From a virus: a DNA stretch of 64,000 nucleotides. This document shows positions 36,155 to 44,733 of the stretch, in pieces. Position 1 is the stretch's first letter; every line of letters begins with the position of its first letter. The DNA lies in the IMG/VR virus record IMGVR_UViG_3300020190_000010, positions 64,001 through 128,000 of that record. One strand, 5' to 3'. The position numbers and the translations under genes are program-made. The notes beneath the pieces were generated by a model that was not told where the DNA came from, searched no databases, and saw nothing but the letters and a program-made list of their open reading frames with translations.

Positions 36155-38593
36155 GTGGCTAATGAAAGAATTGTAAGTCCTGGAGTGTTTACTAATGAAA
36201 ATGATCTATCATTCCTTCAACAGGGGATTGGTCAAATTGGTGCTGCTCTTATAGGACCAACGCTCAAGGGACCTGCATTTGTCCCTACCGTAGTTCAAGG
36301 ATATGGAGAATTTTTAACAAAATTTGGTGGAACATTTGAGCAATCATATCTTCCATACACAGCAAAAAACTATTTGAATAATGCAGGTAGTGCAACCATA
36401 GTTAGAGTTATGGGCACAGGCGGTTATTCATTGAAACATCCAATTGCACTTGTTGCAACTGGATCATGGGGTAAGAAATTGATTTCTTTCTTACATCCTA
36501 CATTTGTTGTTACAAGTGGTGACTCAACATCATTGTTTGCTGATTCCACTATCACTGCAAATGCAAGTGGTAGTTTTGTAATAACTGTTGCTGGTGACTT
36601 TACAACAGATGTTTCATTCTTTACAAATGCAACAAATGAAGATGGTGTGCCTTTTAGTTCATCTATCAATCCTGAAAATACTTCATATATCGGCGATTTA
36701 TATGGGTATAACCCGTATGGAACACATGCAGTTTACAATTATGTTAATTTTAGACAACAGGCATCTGCATCTATTGCTGCTGATCCCCTAACAACTGTAT
36801 TGATTGAAACTGGATCAAGTGGTGCACCTTGGGACTTTTTGCAAGATTATTTAGAAGCATCTACACCTTGGGTGACATCACAAAAAGTTGGTGCAAGTGC
36901 ATCAGACTTGTTCCGATTCCACACTCTTTCTCATGGTGTTCATTCAAACTATGAAATAAAGGTTGGTATTGCAAACATTCGTCCTGCTGGTTCGATTGCT
37001 GGTTCTGAATATGGTGATTTTGATGTTGTTGTTAGATATGTTGATCAATCTAAATTACCACAAACTCCATTCAATTACGAAGACGAGGATATTCGTCCTT
37101 CTGTTATTGAAACATTTAAGTGTAATCTTGATTCAAATTCACCAAAATATATTGCTAGAGTTATCGGTGATAGATACATAACAATCACAGATGAAGGTAA
37201 AGTTGTTGTTAATGGTGACTATTCTAATAAATCAAAATATATTCGTGTTGAAACAACAGATGCAGTAACTAATGGTGGCGTTTCACCTAACCTAGTTCCA
37301 TTTGGTTTCCGTGCTCTCATATCACCAATACCAAGTGCATTTACACAACCACCTTCTGCATCTTATGTAACAGACCAAACAATTGGCGGTGCTTACAATA
37401 GAAGAGTTTACTGGGGATTCGATTATGATTTCTCAAATACAGATAACTTTAACTATTTAAGACCATTGCCTATTTCTGATAATCAAACAACAGGATCTAA
37501 TGAAGACTTCTACCTTGGCGATTATGAACAAAATGCGGGTGCAAGTTTCCCATCAAGTGCAACTGCTTATAGTTCATCAATTGATTTAACTACAAATACT
37601 GCTCTTGATTCTCGTAAATTTATGTTGCCATTCCAAGGTGGATTTGACGGTAATAAGCCAAATATACAAAAGAAAACAGGAACATATATTGAAGCTGGAA
37701 ACACACAAGGATTTGACATTTCAAATTCATCTGCTGACGGATATGTTGCTTACAAAAAGGCAATTGATGCCGTTTCTAATGCAGACGAATTTGATATTAA
37801 CTTGATTGCTATGCCAGGTGTATTACACTCATTGCATTCTGCAATAACAACATATGGTATTGATATGTGTGAAAATCGTGGTGATGCTTTCTATGTAATG
37901 GATTCAATTGGAATAAATGATAATATTGCAAGTGCAACATCCAATTCAGAAGGTCTTGACACAAATTATGCTGCTACATATTATCCTTGGGTTAAAATTA
38001 TTGACTTCGATAAAAACAAACCTATTTGGGTTCCACCTTCTGTTGTTCTTCCTGGCGTTATTGCATTCAATGACCGTGTTGCCGCTGAATGGTTTGCGCC
38101 TGCTGGTCTTAATCGCGGTGGTTTGACAGAAGTTGTTGAAGTTAAAACCAGATTAACACAAGCTGAAAGAGATACATTATACGAGGCAAGAATAAATCCT
38201 ATTGCAGTATTTCCTGCAACAGGCGTTTGTGTATGGGGACAAAAAACACTTCAAGGTCGCCCATCTGCACTTGACCGTATCAATGTTCGCAGACTCTTGA
38301 TTGCTTCTAAAAAGTTTATTGCTTCTTCTACAAGATACCTTGTGTTTGAACAAAACACATCACAAACAAGAACTCGTTTCTTGAACATTGTGAACCCATA
38401 TCTTGAATCAATCCAACAACGCCAAGGTCTATATGCCTTCCGTGTTATCATGGATGAAAGTAACAATACGCCGGATATTATTGACCGTAACATTCTTTAT
38501 GGACAATTATATCTACAACCTGCAAAGACTGCTGAATTTATCATTCTTGATTTCAACATTCAATCAACAGGTGCGGCATTTCCAGGTGCTTAA
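36155..38593 (+). CDS. gp18: Contractile tail sheath protein
   Basis: SPGVFTNE, WFAPAGLNRG, INPIA, WGQKT, DRINVRRL and QPAKTAEFI motifs. Confidence 0.97.
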   Translation: MANERIVSPGVFTNENDLSFLQQGIGQIGAALIGPTLKGPAFVPTVVQGYGEFLTKFGGTFEQSYLPYTAKNYLNNAGSATIVRVMGTGGYSLKHPIALVATGSWGKKLISFLHPTFVVTSGDSTSLFADSTITANASGSFVITVAGDFTTDVSFFTNATNEDGVPFSSSINPENTSYIGDLYGYNPYGTHAVYNYVNFRQQASASIAADPLTTVLIETGSSGAPWDFLQDYLEASTPWVTSQKVGASASDLFRFHTLSHGVHSNYEIKVGIANIRPAGSIAGSEYGDFDVVVRYVDQSKLPQTPFNYEDEDIRPSVIETFKCNLDSNSPKYIARVIGDRYITITDEGKVVVNGDYSNKSKYIRVETTDAVTNGGVSPNLVPFGFRALISPIPSAFTQPPSASYVTDQTIGGAYNRRVYWGFDYDFSNTDNFNYLRPLPISDNQTTGSNEDFYLGDYEQNAGASFPSSATAYSSSIDLTTNTALDSRKFMLPFQGGFDGNKPNIQKKTGTYIEAGNTQGFDISNSSADGYVAYKKAIDAVSNADEFDINLIAMPGVLHSLHSAITTYGIDMCENRGDAFYVMDSIGINDNIASATSNSEGLDTNYAATYYPWVKIIDFDKNKPIWVPPSVVLPGVIAFNDRVAAEWFAPAGLNRGGLTEVVEVKTRLTQAERDTLYEARINPIAVFPATGVCVWGQKTLQGRPSALDRINVRRLLIASKKFIASSTRYLVFEQNTSQTRTRFLNIVNPYLESIQQRQGLYAFRVIMDESNNTPDIIDRNILYGQLYLQPAKTAEFIILDFNIQSTGAAFPGA

Positions 38594-38603
38594 TTGAATT
38601 AAA

Positions 38604-38636
38604 TGGGGAGATGAAATACTCTTCCCAACATTTTTT
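38604..38636 (+). terminator. Probable intrinsic terminator after the sheath gene
   Basis: TGGGGAGA/TCTTCCCA stem followed by ACATTTTTT. Confidence 0.6.
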
Positions 38637-38645
38637 GAAATGTGT

Positions 38646-38653
38646 ATATTTAT
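38646..38653 (+). promoter_or_regulatory. Candidate late promoter ATATTTAT
   Basis: After a hairpin, before the tube gene. Confidence 0.6.
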
Positions 38654-38684
38654 CTAAAAGAATAATTTTAATTTGGAGATATAA

Positions 38685-39173
38685 ATGGCTGAATTACTTG
38701 ATCCCACGGAAGTGTTTTTTACTCCGTTTGAGCCGAAATTACAAAATCGTTTTATTATGTATATTGAGGGAGTTCCGGCTTATTTGATAAAAGGTGCTGG
38801 TCGCCCAAATATCAGTTTTAATCCCATAACATTGGATCACATTAACATTAAAAGAAAAGTTAAAGGTAAGGGTGAATGGCAAGATGTTTCTATTAAACTC
38901 TATGATCCAATTGTTCCATCAGCGGCACAGGCAGTTATGGAGTGGGTTCGTTTATCACATGAATCAGTAACAGGTCGTGATGGTTATTCTGACTTTTACA
39001 AGAAAGACATAACATTTCATGTTCTTGGACCTGTTGGTGATAAGGTTGAAGAATGGACACTCAAAGGTGCTTTCATTACTGCAACTACATTCGGTGATAT
39101 GGATTGGTCTTCTGATGCATTTGTTGAGATTTCTCTCACACTTGCATACGATTATGCTATCCTTCAATACTAA
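38685..39173 (+). CDS. gp19: Tail tube protein
   Basis: W..L..ESVTGRDGYSDFYKKD...LGPVGDKVEEWTLKGAF...LAYD. Follows the sheath gene. Confidence 0.9.
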   Translation: MAELLDPTEVFFTPFEPKLQNRFIMYIEGVPAYLIKGAGRPNISFNPITLDHINIKRKVKGKGEWQDVSIKLYDPIVPSAAQAVMEWVRLSHESVTGRDGYSDFYKKDITFHVLGPVGDKVEEWTLKGAFITATTFGDMDWSSDAFVEISLTLAYDYAILQY

Positions 39174-39214
39174 TACAATTTGTATTATTATATTAATGAT
39201 GAAATAAAAAATAC

Positions 39215-39248
39215 GGGTATGCTGATTTTTTCGGTATACCCATATTTA
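39215..39248 (+). terminator. Hairpin / probable terminator overlapping the late motif
   Basis: GGGTATGCTGA/TCGGTATACCC 11-bp stem with G-U pairs. Confidence 0.6.
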
Positions 39249-39249
39249 T
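39242..39249 (+). promoter_or_regulatory. Candidate late promoter ATATTTAT
   Basis: At the base of a hairpin, before the chaperone gene. Confidence 0.6.
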
Positions 39250-39297
39250 ATTAGTAAATTAGAATGTTTTATTACAAACAATGTTATAGGATTAGTT

Positions 39298-40164
39298 ATG
39301 ACAAAAATTCCAACTGGGTATGATTTACCCACAGAAGAAACAGTTTCAGATGCAGATATTAAAGCACAACTTCTTTCAGAACACAAACAAACCGAAGTAA
39401 AGAAATCAAAATTTCCAACAGAAATTATACCTTTGCCTTCAAGAGGTTTATTGTATCACGAAGGGAATCCATTATCTAATGGTGTGATTGAAATGAAATA
39501 TATGACTGCTCGTGAAGAAGATATATTAACATCACAAAACTTGATTAAACAAGGTGTGGTGTTGGATAAGTTGTTTGAGTCTTTGATTGTTACATCAATA
39601 GACTATAATGATTTATATGTTGGTGATAAAAATGCAATTATGGTTGCTGCGAGGATTTTAGGTTATGGTAAAGATTATGTAGTTGAAGTTGAAGATCCAT
39701 TTTCTACTGGAACAAAACAAAAAGTAACAATAGATTTAACTGAAATCGAGCACAAGGAGGTCGATTATAGCTTATTTCAGTCTCGAAAAAATGAATTTGA
39801 CTATGAACTTCCAAATTCAAAAAGAGTTGTAACATTCCGTCTTATGACTCATAGGTTAGAAAAAGAAATTCAATCTGAAATTAAATCGATGAATAAAAGT
39901 TTTGCTAGAACTGGAATTGATAAAGAATTAACAACAAGACTCAAACATCTCATTATTGCAGTTGATGGTGATTCTGGAAGAGCAAATATAAATAATTTTG
40001 TTGATAACGAGCTTTTTGCGGCAGATTCGAGGGCATTAAGACAATATATCAAATCAATATCACCTGACCTTGATTTGACATATACATTTATTTCAGATGT
40101 AACTGGTGAGGTAAAGGAGTTAGACATCCCAATGGGAGTTTCATTTTTTTGGCCTGGGAATTGA
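39298..40164 (+). CDS. Tail/baseplate assembly chaperone (gp26-like, lambda G position)
   Basis: LPSRG, MTAREEDIL, GDKNAIMVAARILGYG, and ends SFFWP. Lies between tube and tape measure. Confidence 0.75.
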   Translation: MTKIPTGYDLPTEETVSDADIKAQLLSEHKQTEVKKSKFPTEIIPLPSRGLLYHEGNPLSNGVIEMKYMTAREEDILTSQNLIKQGVVLDKLFESLIVTSIDYNDLYVGDKNAIMVAARILGYGKDYVVEVEDPFSTGTKQKVTIDLTEIEHKEVDYSLFQSRKNEFDYELPNSKRVVTFRLMTHRLEKEIQSEIKSMNKSFARTGIDKELTTRLKHLIIAVDGDSGRANINNFVDNELFAADSRALRQYIKSISPDLDLTYTFISDVTGEVKELDIPMGVSFFWPGN

Positions 40165-40375
40165 GTATAAACTAGGTTTACATCAAGAAATTTTTAGTCT
40201 TTGCTATCACGGTCAAGGTGGGTTTACTTGGAATGAGGTATATGAAATGCCTATTCATCTTCGTAGATTTTATATTCAACAAATAACAAAATTTGTTGAA
40301 GAACAAAATAATAAAATGAAAGAAACAAACCCATCTACAAATAAAGTCAATAGACCGGTATTTAGTCCGAAATAA
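40151..40375 (+). CDS. gp51/lambda-T-like chaperone extension in the +1 frame (not in the ORF track)
   Basis: 74 open codons: GLGIEYKLGLHQEIFSLCYHGQGGFTWNEVYEMPIHLRRFYIQ... No ATG/GTG/TTG until 40247. Confidence 0.7.
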   Translation, partial: GLGIEYKLGLHQEIFSLCYHGQGGFTWNEVYEMPIHLRRFYIQQITKFVEEQNNKMKETNPSTNKVNRPVFSPK

Positions 40376-40377
40376 TC

Positions 40378-40414
40378 ATAGTTCGTATATTTATGTATAC
40401 GAACTATTTTTTTT
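40378..40414 (+). terminator. 12-bp perfect hairpin plus T tract, containing the late motif
   Basis: ATAGTTCGTATA-TTTATG-TATACGAACTAT-TTTTTTT. Confidence 0.75.
40387..40394 (+). promoter_or_regulatory. Candidate late promoter ATATTTAT
   Basis: Within a hairpin stem/loop, before the tape measure gene. Confidence 0.55.
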
Positions 40415-40431
40415 AATTTTTCTTTGAATAA

Positions 40432-43400
40432 ATGGCAGATAAAGTAGACAAAAAAACCGCCGAAGAAATTAGCAATTTGCGAAAAATTGAGGCGGAAATT
40501 ACAAAAGAACTCATCGCGTTACGAGAAAGATTAAAAATACTTTCATCGGAAGATGTTGTTAATTTGAAAGAAGCTTCACAAATTCAATTTCAGCTATTAG
40601 ATTTAGAAAAACAAAAAAGGGGTATAACAAAAGAAATAGTAGATATTAACGGAAAAGTTTTAGAGTCTGATGAAAAGAGAGAAGAAATAAGTCAATCTAT
40701 TCTTGATTTGCAAGAAGATTCACTTGATAGAACGCAAGAAATGCTCAAATCAAATAAACAACTTGAAAAAGAAGCCGAAAAAATAAAAATACAACAAAGT
40801 GAAATTCTAAACATTGAAAAAGAATTAAATAGATATGAAGTAGAAATACAAAAAAATAAAGAGTCTGTTGAATCAAAGGGGAAAGAATTACTTAAAAATT
40901 CTTCTGCACAAATAAAACTAGAAGAATACATAAACAACACACTACAATCACGTCAAGATGCTTTAGCACAAGCCGCTACACAAAATGCATCACAAAGATT
41001 AGAAAACCTCAAATTCATAAAATTGGATTATCAGACAAGTGTTTTGTTGTCCGAAGTCCAAGAAGACATGGCAGACGCTACTCAAGCAGCTGTAAAGGGT
41101 TCATATAAACAGTTAGATACAAAACGAGAAGAAATCGGTATCCGTAACATTGAAATGGACATAATGGATGCAACAGCAAAAAGGGATATGGAAGCTGTTA
41201 AATTTTATCAAAAACAAAAAGAAGGATTGGATGCAATTATTTCTGCTAAACAAGAATCCAATGCACTCAATGAGAAAGAAGCCACAAAACAACAAGAAAT
41301 AATAAAAAAAACACAAGAAATGAAAGAACTTGTTGATTCAACTGGTTTCAATAAAGTATTTGATGGGGTTGAAGGTTCTGTTAAAAAAATACCAGGTGGC
41401 GGTGCATTAATAAAAACTCTAGGTTTTGATAAATTCAAAGAAAATATAACAAAAAATTTAGGTGGAGCTCTTACTAATGTAATGACTGGATTTCAAGCGG
41501 GCGGACTTGCTGGGTTTAAGGCATTAGGTCTTGCTGCTAAACAATTTGGCATGGCACTATTGGCGGGTCCTCAAGCTGTTATATTTGGTATTCTTGCTGC
41601 CGTTGGGTTGATAATTGCTGCATTTGCCGGTGTAGATAAAGAGGTTTCAGAAGTCCAAAAGTCCATGGGCGGAAATAAAAAAGAAGCAAGAGAAACCTAT
41701 GAGCTTGCAAAAAAGATGTCTGGTGAAATGAAACTAACAGGATTAAATGCAGGCGAACTTGCTAAATCAATGGCTACTGTTAGTGAATCAATGGGTGGAT
41801 TAGATGTTGCTTCTATTGCAAAAGGAACTGGTGCAGCTAGTCAAAAAATGAAACAACTTGTTCAAGATACGGCAGTATTAACAGAAAAATTTGGTATGAG
41901 TGCAGAAGAGGTTGATAATATAAAAACATTGTCTGCAATTACTGGAAAATCTATTGGTGATTTAACAAATTCAACTGTTAAAATGGGCAAAGGTCTTATG
42001 ACCGATAGAGCTGCAATGAAAGCACTTGCTTCCGTTCCAAAAGAAGTTGCTGTTGCATTTAAGGGTGGATCCGATGCATTGGTTAAAGCCGCTCAAAAGG
42101 CAAAATTACTTGGAACAGATTTGAAAAAAGTTCAAGAAATTGGTGATGGTTTATTAGATATAGAAACATCACTTGCTAAAGAAATGGAAGCCAGAGTATT
42201 AACCGGTAAAAATTTGAATTTGGATAAAGCTAGAGAATATGCATTAAGTGGTGAAATCGGTAAACTGCAAGATACGTTGTTGGAAGAAGCTGGATCATTA
42301 CAAGAATTTACTGAAATGAATCGTATTCAACAAAAGTCAATGGCAGAGGCCATGGGTATGTCTGTTGAAGAAATGACTACTATGCTTACTAAGGCACAAG
42401 AGTTGAAAGATGTTGGGCTTTCTTCTGAAATGCTTGAACAAAAACATCTACAAAATGCAGAAGGATTGAGAAAAGAAGCTGAGGCACAATTAGCTCTTGG
42501 AAAAAAAGGTGCTGCTGATAAATTATTAGCACTGGCTGCTGAAAAAGATTCTGCAACTTTTGCAGAAAAACTCGGCGATGTAATGAAAAAAATCCAGCAA
42601 TCTGCTGAAAAATTGATAACACCGCTTGTTGATATGGTTCATGCAATGTTTGATGCCGAAAGTGGTGGATCTAGTTTAATTGATACATTTGATGGTATTA
42701 TGAGTGCAATTAAACCCGTATTTACTATATTGATTGGTATTGGTAAATTGATATTCAAGTCATTTATGTTTCCATTAAAACTTGTTTTTGCTTTGATACA
42801 ACCTATAATAGATGCAATCCAAGAAGTATTTTCAGTAATGGACACAGGTGAAAAGTCAGGTGCAGGATTGTCTGCCATATTCGATGGTATCGGTAAAGTT
42901 ATGGACTTTATTCAAGGAACAGTTATAGAAATAGGTAAGGGTTTAATAACTAGCTTAATAACTCCTGCTAAACTATTTTGGAAGGCAGTGATAAGTCCTA
43001 TTTGGGATGTTTTTAAGGGTATAAGTGAAACTATATCAAAGGCATTTACTCCATTACAGAGTGCAACTGAAACTGGTAGTAAGTTCGGTGGAATTATGGA
43101 TGGTGTTAAGGCATTGTTTGAAAGACTACAACCTGCAATCAATGCAATCGGTAAATATCTATTATCATTCATATTAAAACCAATAACACTAATAACAGAA
43201 GGTATTGGTTTTGTAGTAAAATTATTTACAGGTGATTTCAAAGGTGCAGCTCAATCCGCAGGTAATTTATTGGTTGAATATTTTCTTGGTGTTCCGAAGA
43301 AAATTTTAGGAATGGTTACTGGTGTAATTGATGCATTATTCGGAACAAATTTGACTGCAGGACTTGATGAAGTATTTAAGTGGATAAAAGAAACAGTTGG

Positions 43401-44688
43401 TAATATTATTTTTGGGGTGGGTGGTAAAATAATTGATTTTATTATGGCACCATTTAACATTTTGAAAGATTTATTTGGTGGAATAATAAAAATGTTCACA
43501 GGTGATTTTGAAGGTGGCTTAAAGCAAATTGGAGATTCCATAATAGATAATGTTATTAACATATTTTTAGGAATACCTAAACTAATTTGGGGCAGTATTG
43601 CAACTGTAATTGATGCGGTTTTTGGAACAAAATTAACTGAACAAGTTGATGGATTTTTCAATAACATTACAGATGTTTTCAAAAAAATTGGTGGTTTCAT
43701 AATGGACATAGGTGGTTCCATTTTGAAGTTCATAATGAGACCATTTGATTTAGCAAAAGGTTTGATAGACGGTATAATAAAAATGTTTACCGGTGATTTC
43801 AAAGGTGGAATAGAAACAATAGGTAAGGCAATTCTTGATTTCATAATGGCACCATTTAATTTAGTTCAAGACCTGTTTGACAAATTTACAGGTATGTTTT
43901 CCGGTTTGGGTGATACGATAAAAGATGCGGCAAAAGGAATGTTGGATTTTCTTCCAGATTCACTAAATCCATTTGCGGGCGGAGGAGATGAAGCCGCTAA
44001 GGGTGCAGAAGGTGAAAAGAAAATTGGTGCGGCGGCAACGGGTGGTACAATAACAAAGGGTGGTGCTACACTTGTTGGTGAAAAAGGACCAGAAGTTGTA
44101 TCTCTACCACAGGGTTCAGTAGTTGCTAGTGCAAGTGCAACTAAACAGATTGGTTCAGCAATGGACTCGATGGGTGGTGCAACCACTGCCGCTGGTGGCA
44201 CAGACTCACAACTTGCAGTTTTACAATCAATTGATGCGAAGATAGGTGCATTACTTGAACCTATACAAAAAGTTGGAGAAACCATAAGTTCAATTGTTGG
44301 TAGTATATCTTCAATGGCAACATCATTGCCAGGAATAGGTGGTGTTGTTTCTGGTATATCATCTCTGTTTGGTGGCGGTGGTGGAGAAAAATCAACACCT
44401 GCTGCTGTACAGGCAACATCGATTCCACAAAGTGCTGCATCACCTGCAACTGGAATGTCATCCTCGCCAATGGCAAATTCAGCTGCTACTGCTGGTAAAG
44501 AAGGAAAGGGTGGTCAAGATCCTGTTGTTGAAAAACTTGAAAAGTTAATCGGAATAATGTCTTCAATAACTTCGCAACCAACTATAATAAAAATTGGTGA
44601 TAAGACTGTTGAGGAAATTCAAAGTAAAATAGATGTAAGAAAAACTTACAATGTAGCAATAGATAATACTTATGGTCGTAGAGTATAA
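40432..44688 (+). CDS. Tail tape measure protein
   Basis: 1418 aa, helical, with hydrophobic repeats (FTGDF x3) and C-terminal A.GG......LVGEKGPE. Follows tube and chaperone. Confidence 0.9.
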   Translation: MADKVDKKTAEEISNLRKIEAEITKELIALRERLKILSSEDVVNLKEASQIQFQLLDLEKQKRGITKEIVDINGKVLESDEKREEISQSILDLQEDSLDRTQEMLKSNKQLEKEAEKIKIQQSEILNIEKELNRYEVEIQKNKESVESKGKELLKNSSAQIKLEEYINNTLQSRQDALAQAATQNASQRLENLKFIKLDYQTSVLLSEVQEDMADATQAAVKGSYKQLDTKREEIGIRNIEMDIMDATAKRDMEAVKFYQKQKEGLDAIISAKQESNALNEKEATKQQEIIKKTQEMKELVDSTGFNKVFDGVEGSVKKIPGGGALIKTLGFDKFKENITKNLGGALTNVMTGFQAGGLAGFKALGLAAKQFGMALLAGPQAVIFGILAAVGLIIAAFAGVDKEVSEVQKSMGGNKKEARETYELAKKMSGEMKLTGLNAGELAKSMATVSESMGGLDVASIAKGTGAASQKMKQLVQDTAVLTEKFGMSAEEVDNIKTLSAITGKSIGDLTNSTVKMGKGLMTDRAAMKALASVPKEVAVAFKGGSDALVKAAQKAKLLGTDLKKVQEIGDGLLDIETSLAKEMEARVLTGKNLNLDKAREYALSGEIGKLQDTLLEEAGSLQEFTEMNRIQQKSMAEAMGMSVEEMTTMLTKAQELKDVGLSSEMLEQKHLQNAEGLRKEAEAQLALGKKGAADKLLALAAEKDSATFAEKLGDVMKKIQQSAEKLITPLVDMVHAMFDAESGGSSLIDTFDGIMSAIKPVFTILIGIGKLIFKSFMFPLKLVFALIQPIIDAIQEVFSVMDTGEKSGAGLSAIFDGIGKVMDFIQGTVIEIGKGLITSLITPAKLFWKAVISPIWDVFKGISETISKAFTPLQSATETGSKFGGIMDGVKALFERLQPAINAIGKYLLSFILKPITLITEGIGFVVKLFTGDFKGAAQSAGNLLVEYFLGVPKKILGMVTGVIDALFGTNLTAGLDEVFKWIKETVGNIIFGVGGKIIDFIMAPFNILKDLFGGIIKMFTGDFEGGLKQIGDSIIDNVINIFLGIPKLIWGSIATVIDAVFGTKLTEQVDGFFNNITDVFKKIGGFIMDIGGSILKFIMRPFDLAKGLIDGIIKMFTGDFKGGIETIGKAILDFIMAPFNLVQDLFDKFTGMFSGLGDTIKDAAKGMLDFLPDSLNPFAGGGDEAAKGAEGEKKIGAAATGGTITKGGATLVGEKGPEVVSLPQGSVVASASATKQIGSAMDSMGGATTAAGGTDSQLAVLQSIDAKIGALLEPIQKVGETISSIVGSISSMATSLPGIGGVVSGISSLFGGGGGEKSTPAAVQATSIPQSAASPATGMSSSPMANSAATAGKEGKGGQDPVVEKLEKLIGIMSSITSQPTIIKIGDKTVEEIQSKIDVRKTYNVAIDNTYGRRV

Positions 44689-44704
44689 CAATCTATCAAT
44701 TTTT

Positions 44705-44712
44705 ATATTTAT
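44705..44712 (+). promoter_or_regulatory. Candidate late promoter ATATTTAT
   Basis: Intergenic, before 44734. Confidence 0.6.
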
Positions 44713-44733
44713 AGTAAACAAATAGGAAAAGTA

